A stretch of DNA of 64,000 bases from Trichodelitschia bisporula. Taxonomy: Eukaryota. A model generated the notes under the pieces. It was not told the DNA's origin, searched no databases, and was given only the letters and a program-made list of their open reading frames with translations. This document shows positions 1 through 13,192 of this stretch, piece by piece (the first letter of the stretch is position 1; every line of letters begins with the position of its first letter). The position numbers and the translations under genes were made by a program. Where the stretch lies: contig ML996699.1 of the NCBI GenBank assembly GCA_010356995.1, positions 589,697-653,696 of the forward strand, in the 5' to 3' direction.

Positions 1-1119
1 GATGTTGATACCATGGGAGGATTGCGGTGTGCTATACTCGTCATACTGGCGGATATCTTGATACTCGTATCCGGCCTTTAGCCTGTGAGCCTCGCCCACC
101 AATACTCCCGCTGGTGTAGAAATAATGGTAGGATATAGGGCGCAGTACTCACCTACCCGGCGGATATGTTGTCATCCATATCCGAGCCTTTTCCCGTGAG
201 CCTCATCCATCCCACATGACCGTCTTCGAAACGCCAGTCGGTGTGCGGCGTCCAATCTCCGATGATGAAGGCCGCATTGCGCACAACCCTCAGGTTCAAG
301 GGTACCTAACTTAGCACTCCCGAAGCTTCAGAGAGTATGTTCTTTCGAATAGTGTGAAAGGTGTCAAACTGTAGGGAGGACGACCGTTAGAGAGACATGG
401 AAGCACGATAGAAGCAAACGAGTATCACGAAGACAGGTGCAGAATAATCGCAGTCATAGAACTGCAACCGCCGGTGCCCATGTCAGCCACGATGACAGGC
501 TGGCCGTTGAGACAAGGAGGGTGGTGGCAAGTGCGCGTCGAGACGGTTGGTGTGTGGATGGTGAGGCCGAAGCCGGAGGTGCTGGACTGAAAGGCATGTT
601 ACGGTCACATCGAACCCTTAAATTCCGTCCCGAATACCGGTGGAGGACTTGGAGACTAATTCTATCGCTGTTAACAAATGCACATACTAACATTCAGCTT
701 GACGTCGTGTATAGGGCCTAGGCTGCATTTGAGGACGCCAGGGCTTGATAGGTCTTTGGCCCGAAGGAAAGCTAATCGTGGCGTTACTGGATACAACATA
801 AGGCGGAAAGCCAAAGGATACTCTACCAGGATTGGTATTCCTACTCCTTGCTATGAATAGCCTGCTCAGCTTCCGGCAATGGTCGTCAACCATAAGCAAA
901 CATGGCGTCAAGGGACAAGATACAGTACCCAACCCAAAGGACAGGAATGGCCTACCAGGTCGGGGATCCTAACCTCGATTCATTCACAAGCCGCGGACAG
1001 CAAAAGGAACCTTACACATGAGAACTCCGGCTACAGCACACATGCAAGACCGAAACCGCACCAGCCAGGTTGATGATCGAAGACCGAGTAGACAATTCGC
1101 AGCCGTACGGGCGGGTATC

Positions 1120-1877
1120 CTCAATAGTACAAGCTCCATCTCCTCCACCCTTCGACTATGCATTGCCATAACGCACCGGCCCCAATGCCCATCCACCGTA
1201 TGAACACGCAGGAACAGCACTGGACGCCCGAACGACCGCGACTCCGTCCACCATCAGCTGCTGTTGTAGTCTACTTCCTCCGGAACGAGCAGCCCTCGGT
1301 GAGCCGAGCCTTGCCACCCGTGGGCTGGCAGAGGACCTGGGAGCAGCCTATACTCAGTTAGCATCCGTCATGTCTGCCCACAATATCACAGGGAACCCAC
1401 CTTGGCACACGACAACGGTCTGGGCGTGGCTGAAGACGGTGGTGATAGTGAAGCAGCCAGGACATTTGACGTCCATGAAGAAGCTGCGTGGCCCCGGGAC
1501 GAGAGTCTATGCGAAAGTCAGCGATGGAACGTGGCGTGCGGTGGTAACGGCCGCTGGTGGCGAGGTTTGCGAACCTTGAGCTTGTGCTTGCGAGCCTCAG
1601 CCTGCGGCGTCGGATTCAGAAGATCGACTGCAAGAACCTAATTATTCATCAGCATGTGTACATCAGAATGTGTTTGAAGCAGTTTGGCGGCGACGTCGAG
1701 CTGCCCGAGAGCGGACCGCCGCGGGGGTGTGCTTCATGCGTCTCCCCGAGGCGGGAGCTTCAGGCGAGCGAGCGACGGGGCCGTAGGTGCTGGGCGGAAT
1801 TCTCACCATCGTGCTTGTTGCTCAGCGACTACGTGTATGTGGATTTTCGGGTTGTTGATGGAGGAGGGTACACGTAG
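1120..1877 (+). pseudogene. Possible degenerate orphan gene (in-frame stop plus frameshift)
   Basis: One frame reads QAPSPPPFDYALP*, is then open from 1172 to 1579, and protein-like sequence continues in another frame (1557-1877, PLVARFANLELVL...). No family recognised. Confidence 0.25.
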
Positions 1878-2252
1878 GGCTTTGGTTTTCGCAGTTGGTT
1901 GGCAGCGAAGGTCGAGAAATGTGGAGTGAATGCAATTCGCTTCTGTGTGCGCAGTGCCAAGACTTTCTACCAAGACTTTGCGGCCGTAATATCATGTGAT
2001 ATAGTCGACTCCTTCATTAGGAGGACAAGCATGTGAGGAACAAGATATTGACTTTGTACATATATTTGGTCATGTCAAGGGGAAATTCGGCCATCAAGCT
2101 CGTAGTCTATGTGGTTTTTATTCACGTACGAACCGCGTCACAGAAGCAGGAAGGTGAGCAGGTGATCAAAGCTGACAACTGTATCCTATGGCAACAAGAC
2201 TATGTACAGTACAAGTATGTAGAGATGAGACCAATACGATATCTCCACCCCG

Positions 2253-5200
2253 CTACTTCGTACTCTTTATGACTCTGCCAAAGGTGGTCCACCACCATCC
2301 TGTCGCCTTAACACCTGATCCAACTCGCACCAGCGCCCCAAGTGTCAGCAACCACTCGATGACGAGCTTCGCTTCCCAGTCCCAAACCAGCCCCTTGAAC
2401 AGTCCCTCTAACTGCTCCGGCCCTATCCCCGCCCTCATAGAGCTCGCGTATAACACCACACTAACAACCTGCTCCCAATGGTCTTGAAGCAGGTGCCCAT
2501 GCACATCGTACCACAGTGGAATCCGTTCATGGCCAGGAAGATCGGCTGGCACCCGGCTCGGCGGGTCAAATCCGTCTCGCGGCAGACTTAGCGGCAGCCC
2601 TTTCTGGTAGGTGGCGGTGGGCCGAATCTCGACGCCGAACTGGAAGTGTGACTTCGGTAGAGCACGGCCTTGATAGTGTCCCTCATAGAAACCCCATTTC
2701 GACAACCGCGGCCACGGTGCGCCGATGCGGTGATTGACCGGCGGCAGCTTGGCTTTCGTACGAATGGCGCCAATGGCCAGGAGTTCGGTGACGACCAATG
2801 CACAGCCTTCCTTCATAGCGACATCCAGAGCAAACGAGCGCTTACCGGACTTGAGGGCGACATCCAGTCGGTCTTTGAACGCCAGGGCATCCGCAAAGTG
2901 GGACAAATCGAGAGGACGCTTGCTGATTTGTTTGTACGCCTCATTGAGATGGAAGTTGCGACCCGGGCGGTGCTGGCCGCGGTATGAATGCGCGATGATG
3001 CGGCTTTTGTGCAGTTCTAGAATGGCATCACGCAGGACAGGATCGGGGATGGAGCGAAGTTTCGCCTCGGCGGCCTGGGGGTCGAAGTTCCTTTTGGGAG
3101 TGGCGCTGGTGGCGCGGGCCCACGATTTGGCGAGCTCGAGAGTCGTGGGTTGCTGGGTTGGAGGGGTGTTTATAGGAAGAGGCGCGGAGAATTGCGTTCT
3201 GTGGTAGATTTCGCGCCGCTTGATGATCGGAATCGTAGCGATGTAGAGCTTCTCCCAGTCACCGTAGTTTGGTGGGGCAAGATTGATAATGAAAGACTCT
3301 TCCACAGCTTCGCGAGTCGGGGGCAAGAGAAACTTATCGGTCGCGACCCAGATGTTTTTCTCAGCCCATTCGACGGCGACACGGAAATCGTAGCTCTTAA
3401 TCTTACGCCCTTCAAAGGCTGGCACTTCCCTACGCGGGTAGGCGTCCAAATACAACTTCATGAAGTCTGTCTGAACCCGATCAACAACGGCTGGGTGTTT
3501 CTTAACCATTCTCGCCCACAACGCCTTGTAGGTAGGCCGATCATATGTTGGATGATCAGCAAAGACGTCATCGATCAGATTCCACGTTATCTGCTGGTCC
3601 TTGCCGCCAGATAGGATGCGAACGACAATACAAGCAAAGAGCATCCGCCGTGCCGATTCTGACGAAATGAACAGGTTCGGATTGACCTTTTGATAGTACG
3701 GAGTCTTTTTCTTGGAATTTTCCATTCGAGAGCGCGTTCCAATCACCCGCGGTTCCATATGCGCCCCTGGCATGAAGTTTGGGTTTGGATGAGGATCGCA
3801 TACCACGAGACGATTATAGAGGAGATTTGGACGCTCCGTCACGACGGTCACCTGCTCGTGATCCACCGAGTAGTTGATAAACTGAGCGTCAGTGGAAACT
3901 CCAAAGCCGGGATATTGGTCCTGGACTTGTTGCATCTCATGCGCTTCGATTTCGGATAAGGTCGCATTTGCACGACGATGTCTCTGGGGAGGTACTCGGT
4001 AATGCCAATCTGAAGCACTCTGAAGGTTCTGCACATCCTGGCTGTTGGCTGAGGAGAGGTTGTGCCACTGGACCTCAGGGCCAGTATACTTAGGAACGAA
4101 CACCTCCGGAACGGAGAACTCGGTCGAGAATGTGCCACTCGGTCCATGGAAGGGCTGTGGAGGTGCCAGGAATGCAATCCTGAGTTGTACCGGTAGTAGA
4201 TTCTCCATGGCCACAATATGACCGGGTTGCAGTGGATTGAGTTTCAATTCGCTAGAACCTGATATGTTTGCCAACGAGGTTGGCGTCTGATGATAGTCTG
4301 AGGGCCAATACATCCGGAACTGTCCCTCCCCATATTCTTGCAAAGGCTGAGTTGCATAGTCGGCTTTTCGGCGTCTCCCGGTGCCTGACTCCGCGTTGGT
4401 CTGTCGTTTTCCGCGAGATAATCCATGGAGCTTGCGCGACGCTGCATGCGCCTTGACTGCCCGAGCATTCGCCCTGGTGACCTTTTCAACCTCAGCTCTC
4501 TTTGCCTGCAACTCCTTGGCTCGCCTGTAGTGATCCTGGATCCATTTTGCGTTGTCATCCACAGATGGAATGGTATCTTTTTCGCTGAGAACAAAGCGTT
4601 GAATCGGCTTGCCGTTGCTGTAATCCACTTGGCGCACGACTCCTAGTTCTGATGGGTAGTAGTTCCGCGGATGAGCCTTTTGGATATTGGCGACCAAGGC
4701 TTGAACCTCCGGAGACTCGAACGGGATTTCAGGGAGAGTCAACACGTGCCGGGTGATCACACGGCCACGCTGATCAGCAAAGGAGAATCCGAATCTCCGC
4801 AGTTTACCCTGGTCGACAAGGTTCTTGATCGTCTTGAGGATAGTGTCACGGTCGGATCTCAGGCCCTCCTGTGCATTTTGATACGGCACGCAGAGCTCAC
4901 CATCACCTCCGAAAATGCCTCCACACTTGTTGATGATTTCCATGACAATCTTGCTCCGCTTGAAACGGACAGACCCAGCGCCGAGGTAGGTTCCTTGCTT
5001 CTTCTTGTCAGGCTTCCTCTTGGTGTTACGCTTCTTCCTCTCGTAGGTAGACCGAATGGTGGTCCAATCCTGTGGCGTAGAGTCGGGTAGTTGGCTGGCT
5101 GGCGTTTCGCCTTCAACGGCACTGGTAGTAGTCGCAGTCGATCCTTGAACACCCGTCTTGACTCTTGGTCTTTTGGGTTTTGGTGCAGCGCGGACTGGAG

Positions 5201-8200
5201 AAGTCGCACGCCGCTTCGCTGCTCTGAGTGCGCGACCAGTCGCCGGTTGATCATGCTTCTCAATCTCCTTGTCCAGCATCTCCAAATCGGGTTGCTCAAC
5301 GGCAGCATCTGCAACAGTTTGGGGTTTGTCCACGATGCCTGGTTGTTGATCGGCTTCCAGGGGTCCATTGTGCGTCATCTGCGAACGCTCCTGAGGAGTG
5401 TCGATGTCCATCGGCTCAACGTCCGGCTCGGCATCAACCTCGACGACAGCAACCGCCCCAGCAGTTCGTGTTTTCTGAATGCTTGACAAAGGATCTTGCT
5501 CTGGTTCCACGCTTTCTTCGGGCTCGTCAACCTCTATCGACTTCACGGTCTCGATTGGCTCTGGTCTCCCGAGCTCTGCGCTCGGGGCCAGCCTGGGCGG
5601 TCCAACGCTCTGAGCTCGGCTCACGGGCTCGTAAGTCGGCTCCCGTGTCACTACGGCTGCACTGGGAGTAGCATAAGTACTGGGAGTAGCATAAGTACTA
5701 GGAGTAGCATAGGGCGTGGAAGTCGCAAAGGTGCCCCTGTTGAGGTCGGCTCCCTTCAGCGCCGGATGCTGAAAGACCAAGACGAGGCTGGGCTTCGCAC
5801 CCTTCCGTGGACGGCCTTTCTTCTTTTGTCGCGTTACTCCCCATTGTGGAACGACGGAACCGGGAGACTGGGAGCGTCGGAGAAGTGTGTCCGCCGGCCG
5901 TTGGCTCGGTGGTCTCTTGCCAGCAACGTTGGGGAATTTCGGGGCGGCAGTGGAAGTTACGGGTTCACCCTCAATAGGGGCATCGGCTGTTGGAACTGGT
6001 TCAGGTTCCGGTTTGGGGGCGAACCATTCCATGTCCTTGAGGCCTGGCAGCTTGAACGCGAGAATCATAGAGGTTTGAGCTTTCCTGCCTCGCGTCTCTA
6101 CCTTCCTCCTGGATCCCGGAGGGTTGATGTGCAGACCGACGCGGTTGCGGTCCATGAGCTTTGCGTAAATTTCCTGGACTCGGGCTTCGAAAACGGTAAT
6201 GACAAGTCGCTCTTTGCCGTCTCGTTTATTCTTCTTGTTGACAGAGGGTGAGTCGGCAGCTTGATCCACATCTTCGTCAGCGGGCGCCGCCCCCTCAGGC
6301 TCCTTCGCACCAGCCTTCTTCTTCTTCTTTTTGTACGGCCGTCTCCGGGCCCCAACCTTCGGCGGCATGGGATCGTCGGCGGTGCGCAAAATCACCAGAT
6401 CCGGCTGCGCACGCGGAGGCGCATAGACAGTACCCACAAGCGAGTAGTCCGCCTCAAAGCAATCTAAAGTCCCACTCATTGGCGGCTGCTTCTCCAGTGC
6501 CTCATCGTACGCCATCCACTCAGCTACACGTCGGTAATACACCGTACGTTCTTCGGCTTCTCTCGCTTCGCGCCGCTTCGCATTGTACATAGCGTTGTAC
6601 GCCTTCATGTACTCCTTCGGCGTCTGGCCTTTGATGAGACCAGTTGCGATGTAGCGAGTCTCGCCGTCTTCCTGGCCGGCTTGCTTCCCGAGGACGGCGC
6701 GAGATGCTATCTGACGGTTGGATGGGCGTGCACCTTTGCGCATATTGAATGCCGTGGGCCACTTAACGGAAATGGTTCCATCCGCGTTCGTCTCGAGCCA
6801 AGGATCTGCGCGGCCACGTCCGATGCCCGCGCGAGTGTTTGCTGCTTCAAAGCTCTGGCCAAACGTGGCGCGGCCCCCACGATGCACAAGAGATTCGGAA
6901 ATTGGAGGGAATCCCCACTCATCAAGAATGTTGGAATGCTTCAGAGCTTTGCGGCCCTCATGGCGAACCACATCCCAGGTCGTCTCACCCGCTTCTACAG
7001 CTTTGTTGAAGTTGGCATAAGAGAAGAAGAGGTAGTACGTGAAGCGGAACATGGCGGCGGTGTCGCGGATGATGCTGAGATGTCGAAGGTGGGGGGGTTG
7101 GGCGGCTTCCCAGTCATCAGTCAACTTGGAGAGCATTGAGTCTACGGATCGATAGTAGAATGGACCATACGCGCGGGCGCGCAGATCCATAGTCGAGACT
7201 CCCTTAATTCCCATAGACTTGACCATCTCGAACAGGAAGTTGGAGTAGATTTTGTGCGGTTGCCATTGCGGCGCAATCCACTGGTGAATATGCTTCATCT
7301 TGCCCTTTTTGGGCGGCTGCACAGTCTGCCCAGCAGCCACGATACTGCTGCCAGGCGTAGCGGGACCTGGAGTGCCATCGTCAGAATCGATGGATTCTAC
7401 TGGTGTCTCAGCAGTGAAGTCCCGGGGGGTCGAGCCTCTACCGCCAAATTTTGCTTTCCGCTTGCTGGCCTTCGCGGCGGTAGCCTCGAGCTTAAGTCTG
7501 TAAGTCTTCCGGTCTTCAGCCGTGAGGGAAAGATACCGCTGTCGGTCTTCCGCTGTCGGTATCTTCAGCATGCGAATGCAGTTGAGCATCAACTTGGCCT
7601 TCTCCAGTCCGGGAAGTTTTGCTCGCGCCCGAAACCGTTGGATCACGCCCACGATGTCTAATCGCTCAAGTGTCCGCCAAAGCGCGTTCTTCTCCCATTC
7701 TTTATCCGAAATCCCAAGCTTCTCGTGAAGTTCGTCAATCGGTAGGACGTGATCATCTTTCAACGCTTCGCAGAGGTAGTCAATGAGGTTGTCCAGGTGG
7801 AGTTTCTCTCCCTCGAAGACCGGCTTGGAGGCACCGGTGCTCGCCTTCGAGGTGCTGGAGAAGCGCTTGTGCCGCAGGAGGCTCGTTTTGTGCCCTTTGA
7901 CATAAATTCCAGTCTTCTCGATGTACCCGTTGTTCTTGAGGTTCTCAGTCCGTCTAGGCAGAGAGCGCTTATCCTGTCCACTGAGTTGAACAAGCTCGGG
8001 CTGCTGGATGCCCTCCTCGCGGAACGATGCAATCAGGCAGAGTGCCCTGAACTCCAAAGGGGGAATGCGCTTCAGATCAAGACTATGTCCAGCAACAGCT
8101 TGCCAGACACGATCGACGGTCGTGTAGAGGCGAAGTTCACGCGAGGCGCCGTCATCTCCAGGCGTCGAAGAGTAAGCTTCAGCTTCGGACAGAGAAAGCC

Positions 8201-8689
8201 TGTTTCCTTCCTTGCGCTTCCCGACATAAACGTCAGGTTCGGTTACGAGCCATTGCCAAACGCGTTCCTTCAGCGGACGGTCGACGGTGGGCGGCGAAGC
8301 AGGACCTTTCCGACCGCCAGATCCAGATTTATCAACATGGTTCTGGACATAGAAAACGTCGACAAACTTCGAGAAATCACTGAGGGCGGCACCTGCAGGT
8401 GAAGTTAGTGGGGTTCGAATATGCAAAAATGCGAACGCCGCCAACGAGATTCGAACACGACTGCCTCAAGCCGAAAAAAACTCCCCGATGCAAGGGGAAC
8501 ATCTAGCTGCATGAATCCGCCTTCACCAATCATATGCTTCCCTAATAAACAAAGTTCCCAAAGGGGCAATGAGGAAGTTTTGAAAGGAAGCTGAAGAATA
8601 AGTCCAGCAGTCGGATGCTCACCTTGCTCGCCATTGAAGGCGATCTCGTCCAACAGGTGGCTGATCAGGCTATCAAATCCACGGACCAT
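2253..8689 (-). CDS. TFC3: RNA polymerase III transcription factor TFIIIC B-block-binding subunit (Tfc3/Sfc3/tau138-like), 2 exons
   Basis: Exon 1 8689-8623 (MVRGFDSLISHLLDEIAFNGEQG), intron 8622-8393 (GTGAGC...CTAAC...CAG), then an open frame of about 2045 codons. The B-block domain segment (GIQQPELVQLSGQDKRSLPRRTENLKNNGYIEK) and the C-terminal IPLWYDVHG...WWWT region match the fungal family. Confidence 0.9.
5661..5714 (-). repeat. 18-bp x3 coding tandem repeat (YATPST)
   Basis: Two exact copies of actgggagtagcataagt and one variant, inside the TFIIIC CDS. Confidence 0.9.
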
Positions 8690-8745
8690 GATGGCCACCA
8701 CCACACGCCTACAAACACCAGGTTAACGAATAGATTCGAAATACC
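8411..8745. promoter_or_regulatory. Cluster of three B-box-like (TTCGAA-core) motifs in intron 1 and the 5' leader of the TFIIIC subunit gene
   Basis: GGGTTCGAAT 8411-8420 (+); GTTCGAATC 8456-8448 (-), a perfect GWTCRANNC core; TTTCGAATC 8741-8733 (-). Confidence 0.45.
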
Positions 8746-9091
8746 ATGCAGTTCGTGATGTCTGTTGTTAGAGGAGGCGAAGAAGGTGAGGAAGAGGTTT
8801 ATGGTGCGGCTCAAAATGTGCAGCAAATTCCGGCGCAATGACGGGGATGGTGGGGCGCGGGCACGGCGGCAGGCGGGAACGGCGGGGTGCTGGGGACTTG
8901 GCATCTGAGCGTCGGATGACTCAGCAACGCAAGGCACGGATGAAAAGGCGGCGATATCAGGGGCATCGTCAAGTCAAGAGAGACAAATCCATATGCGTAC
9001 TCCATAATCCGTATATCATAATGCAAGTGGTATCTATGTGCGTCCAAGCCGTGTAAATCACCCAAACCACCCAAGCTGATCAAAAGCACAA

Positions 9092-10482
9092 TCACCACCA
9101 CCATCTCCCACCCAATCCCCCTCTCCAAAATCCCTTGCTCACGCCCCTCAAATCGTCCACATTCAGATAGTCCACGCCCTCTCTCACCAGCACCCTCCAC
9201 ACCTTGTTCCGGAGCCCGATAGGCCAATTCGGTGTGCTCCAATAACGCGCCTTGAGCCCCTTCTCATGAGCAGCGCGAATCTGCGCGCGCAGCTTCGCCA
9301 ATTGCTTCTGATTCAATTGACCGCGCCACACCACGCCAATAGACTTGCGGAAGTTGATACTGGCGTAGTAGGAGTTGCCGGAAGTGAACTGTGTCCCTCC
9401 AAGCGCGGGGTCCACGCCCGACATGCCTTGCCCGGCATTGTCGGGTAACGTCACGTCTTGCGTCTGTGCCGGCGAGAGCAGCATTTCGAGCGGCGCATCA
9501 AAGAAAATATCGCGGTAAATGGGATTGGAAACTGCATCGAATGGCGCATTGCCGGTGGCCACGACGGTGATGGGTCCGGGAACGCGCACCCCGTTTTCAG
9601 AATAAGCAAGATAGTTTTTCGCGCGCAGATTGGCAAGTTGCTGCCACACGACTGGTAGGATAGCGTCACCGTCATTCTTGAAGTCGACGAGCAATACAAG
9701 AGTCTGGTAAGGGTCCTGGTCGAAGACGCCATGGCGGGAAGCATTGGCGAACTCGGTCGTCGGATTCTGGCCGTCCAGTATCCGCTCCAAAGGTTCGGTG
9801 TACAAGCTCCTGAAGGTACGGTTGCGCGTGAGCGAAGCAGTTGTATGTCCGACGAAGAGCTCGCCGTCATAAAGCCAGACGTCAGCCTCGACACCAGTGC
9901 AGCCATAGTGTATGGCCTCGTATAGCGGGACGCGCCGCCAATAATCGTTGTGCGAATGGCATGGAATAGGCACAACATCTCGTGAGAAGTCGGTGGGATA
10001 ACCCGAGATCCCCTCGCCAGGCTGACCCGGCTGACCCCAGTTGGGAAAGAAGTCATCGATAGGCTCGGCCCATAGCATCGGGCCGAGTCCGATCAAAAGT
10101 GTGGTCGCACTGTAGAGGCCACTGGGTTGGTGAGCAAGTGTCTCCATACAAGTTGGGCAACCTACAAGAGTGCCAAGAACATGATAAAAATCCAGATGCC
10201 CACCCAGCAGAACCGCATTCTCTTGAGGCCGACTTTCGCTTGTTCAGAACGCTCTTGTGGCCGGCGCCAGGACAGCCATCGCCGGCGCCATGATCGAGGA
10301 GCCGCGATATCGAAACGGTGTGATCTCCGCTCCGACCATTCGAACTCATCATCCAGATCTCTACCGAATGAATGCAGATCTTTCGCGAGAAAGCCGTCGG
10401 TCTCGATGTCGTCCAACGACGACCGCCGAGAAAAGTCCTTGTGCTCATCGTCTTGGCCGCCAAGCCTGAGATCTGAATCCAT
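9092..10482 (-). CDS. Aim6-like PLC-like phosphodiesterase with N-terminal membrane anchor, 2 exons
   Basis: Exon 1 10482-10166, intron 10165-10122. Motifs PIPCHSHNDYWRRVPL, GCTGVEADVW, LVLLVDFK, LKARYWSTP and YLNVDDL are typical of the Aim6 family. Confidence 0.85.
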
Positions 10483-12215
10483 GAAGGAGATATTTGCGAG
10501 ATGAAAGTAGAGAATGCGAGCACCAGACGCGAAGAAAAATGGCGCCGGTGTAGCTCAGCGAAGTGCTGGCTTATCGAGGGTATATTGCGGCGACGGAAGA
10601 GTAGTATCACCGCGCGGCAGGAATCCCCGTGTGGGGTAGTAGTGTACAATATATCAGGTAAACGACGTTAGCGGAGACTAGGCGTGTTCTAGTTGTGCCA
10701 AGTATCGTAGCGACAGCTGCAGGGAAAATGAGCGAATCCGCTGTCGCGCTGGGCCACGAGGTTGTGGGCGTGGGTTGTTGAGAACGTGTGTTGCAGGGTG
10801 CCGACTGAGTGCGTGGACGAGGAAAGGGTTATGTAGGGACGCATGAGAAGACAACAGGAGGCATTGGGAGAAGCATTGCTATCTCTCCCCCCAGTGGCCC
10901 CACCTCTCGCCGCCTTCGAAAACGTTCACAGCCCTTTGTTCCCGAGGCGCAGGGTGCTTCAGCAGGCTCTCATACGGCAACTCTGGGTGCGGATAGGACC
11001 CCGTTCAAGGAAGGTCAGATTTGGCCTGTTGGTGTTCTGGGCCCTCAAAAGTCACTGGTGGGCTGAACCGCCAGGTAGGGGAAGAGCGACACTGTGACAC
11101 GTTGATTGGTCTCCTGGTGTTTGGGGTATGTTGGTTGCCTCAGAATCGACCCCAACTTCCTCAAGATGCCTTAATGGGGCGTTGCACCATGCAGCCCCCT
11201 CGGCTTGATCTGGAACTCAAAGATGATGTGCTCAAGCCCTCGGAGCACCACTGGCTAACGTCTCCGGTTACCGGCGACTACAAGTGTTCTCTGAGAGTCC
11301 CGGAGTCACATCCGCGCAATACTACCCATACCATTTGAGGGACATATTGGCGAGGGATAATTCCTTCAGGAGCCAGAGCTTGTTGTACCTAACTTTGTCG
11401 CAGGTCTACAACCATCATTACTCAGTTTCATGCAACACTCATGGGTTCAAGAGCCAACAGGATGGGACCCCACGAGGCTTGTGATGCCGGGCTGACGTAG
11501 TACGGTTGTATGCTGCACAGACAATCAATATCAGGCTGTTAGTTTGTCAGATCTGACTCTTTTCGATCGAATCGGAGCGTAGTCTGGACAGTCAAGCTCT
11601 GACATGGAGTCTTGCACCACGCAGCCCATCGCCTTACGAAGAGCAAACTGCCCTTGTATTCCTCTAGAACTAGCTGAAGCCATGCATCTACTACGTAGAT
11701 TATGGCATGCCATCGGGAAAGGCGACAGTTCCATTAGACGGAAATGTCCTGCGAGCAATTACGTTTCCGAAGCGGTGCATCCTTGATTTCCGTCCGGTCA
11801 AGGCAATGGAGCACCCTTCATCCCACTGTTGCACAAATTTGACGTTGCCGTGCTTGAACGCGTGTCAAGTGGGGTGCCGATGTGATAGAAATCCCGCTCG
11901 GATTTCGGCTTTAGAGCTCGGCTTCAGGTTTTCCCTCACGGAAATATCAGCAGGGCCATGCGCCAGCTGAAAACCGATGCCCGAAAGGATTGTGACTGCA
12001 GAACAATATTGCGCGCCTTCTGCGAGGGCACCTGCACGGGAATCGAACGCATAATTGATGGTTGACACATGAATTGATATCTTGTTGCTTAGCGCAAGGC
12101 GTCCCTGGCGGTTGTATCCAGCGCACAGACCAGCTAGGGTTTATCGATAATAAATGTTCTCACCAACCGCATTCAGAGGCTGGCCACCAGTTACAGAACA
12201 GTACCACCGACCACA

Positions 12216-13157
12216 ATGCCTCACAAGCACAAGCGCAAGGATAATAGCGATGATGTGTAGGTCTCTTCTTCTCTCGCTCGTCCATGCTGATGTTCTAGCT
12301 ACAACCTCCCACCTACCCAGGTCGCCCGCCCGCTGCCCACGAACCAACCCGTAACGGTTTTTTCGAAGTCCGACAGCACAAAGAGTCGCAAGCGAAAGCA
12401 GCAGGGCGAGAAGGACAATGATACGCCACGCGCCTTTCAGCGCCTGATGCGGTTACGCGAGAATGGCAAGATACCTAGCGGATTGGATAACGGCGAGACG
12501 CGCTTAGCGAAGAAGCGGAAGCAGAACAAGGAGGCGGCCAAGGGTGCGGAGAAGACAGAAGAGGCGAAGCCAGTCATGAAGATTCTGCCCGGTGAAAGTA
12601 TGGCAGACTTCTCGGCGCGTGTAAACCAAGCACTGCCCATTGCTGGACTGGCGAAGAAGGGGAAGAAGGTCGAGGGTGTCAAAGAGCGCACAACGAGGCA
12701 CAATAAGAAGCTGCAGAAACTGGTCAATGACTGGAAGAAGGAGGATGCGAAGATCAAGGAAAAGGAGGAGGAAGCGCTGGAGCTGGCTGAGGAAGAAGAG
12801 GATGAGAAACACGCCATGCTCGAGGACAAGACGGCCGAGATCCCAGTTCCTGGCAAAAAGGGCAAGAAGGCCAAGCGGAAACGGGTGGCCGGTGAAATCG
12901 ACGACGATGACGATGATCCATGGAAGGTGTTGGAAGCGTCACGCACGAAACCGAAGATCCATGACGTTGCGAAAGAACCTCCACAGTTTACCAAGCTGCC
13001 AACTGAGAAGTTCAAGGTGCGAAACGGGGCCAAAGTCCAGGTCACAAATGTGCCGAATGCGGCGGGAAGTCTTCGGAGGCGAGAGGAACTGGGGGAGGAG
13101 CGGAAAAGCGTCATAGAGAAGTACCGGCAGATGATGGGGGGGAAGCACACCGATTGA
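12216..13157 (+). CDS. Conserved basic/coiled-coil protein (CCDC137-like, probably nucleolar), 2 exons
   Basis: MPHKHKRK start at 12216, intron 12257-12298, motifs DTPRAFQRLM, KILPGESMADFSARVNQALP and EERKSVIEKYRQMM. Confidence 0.75.
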
Positions 13158-13192
13158 GGCTCGAACACCGAGATGCCGTGCTCCCTGCTCAT

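Noticed and set aside
11991..11998. TGTGACTG (Homol D-like box) upstream of the CCDC137-like gene
   Set aside because: An 8-mer is expected about twice in 64 kb, and another copy lies inside the Scc3 coding sequence.
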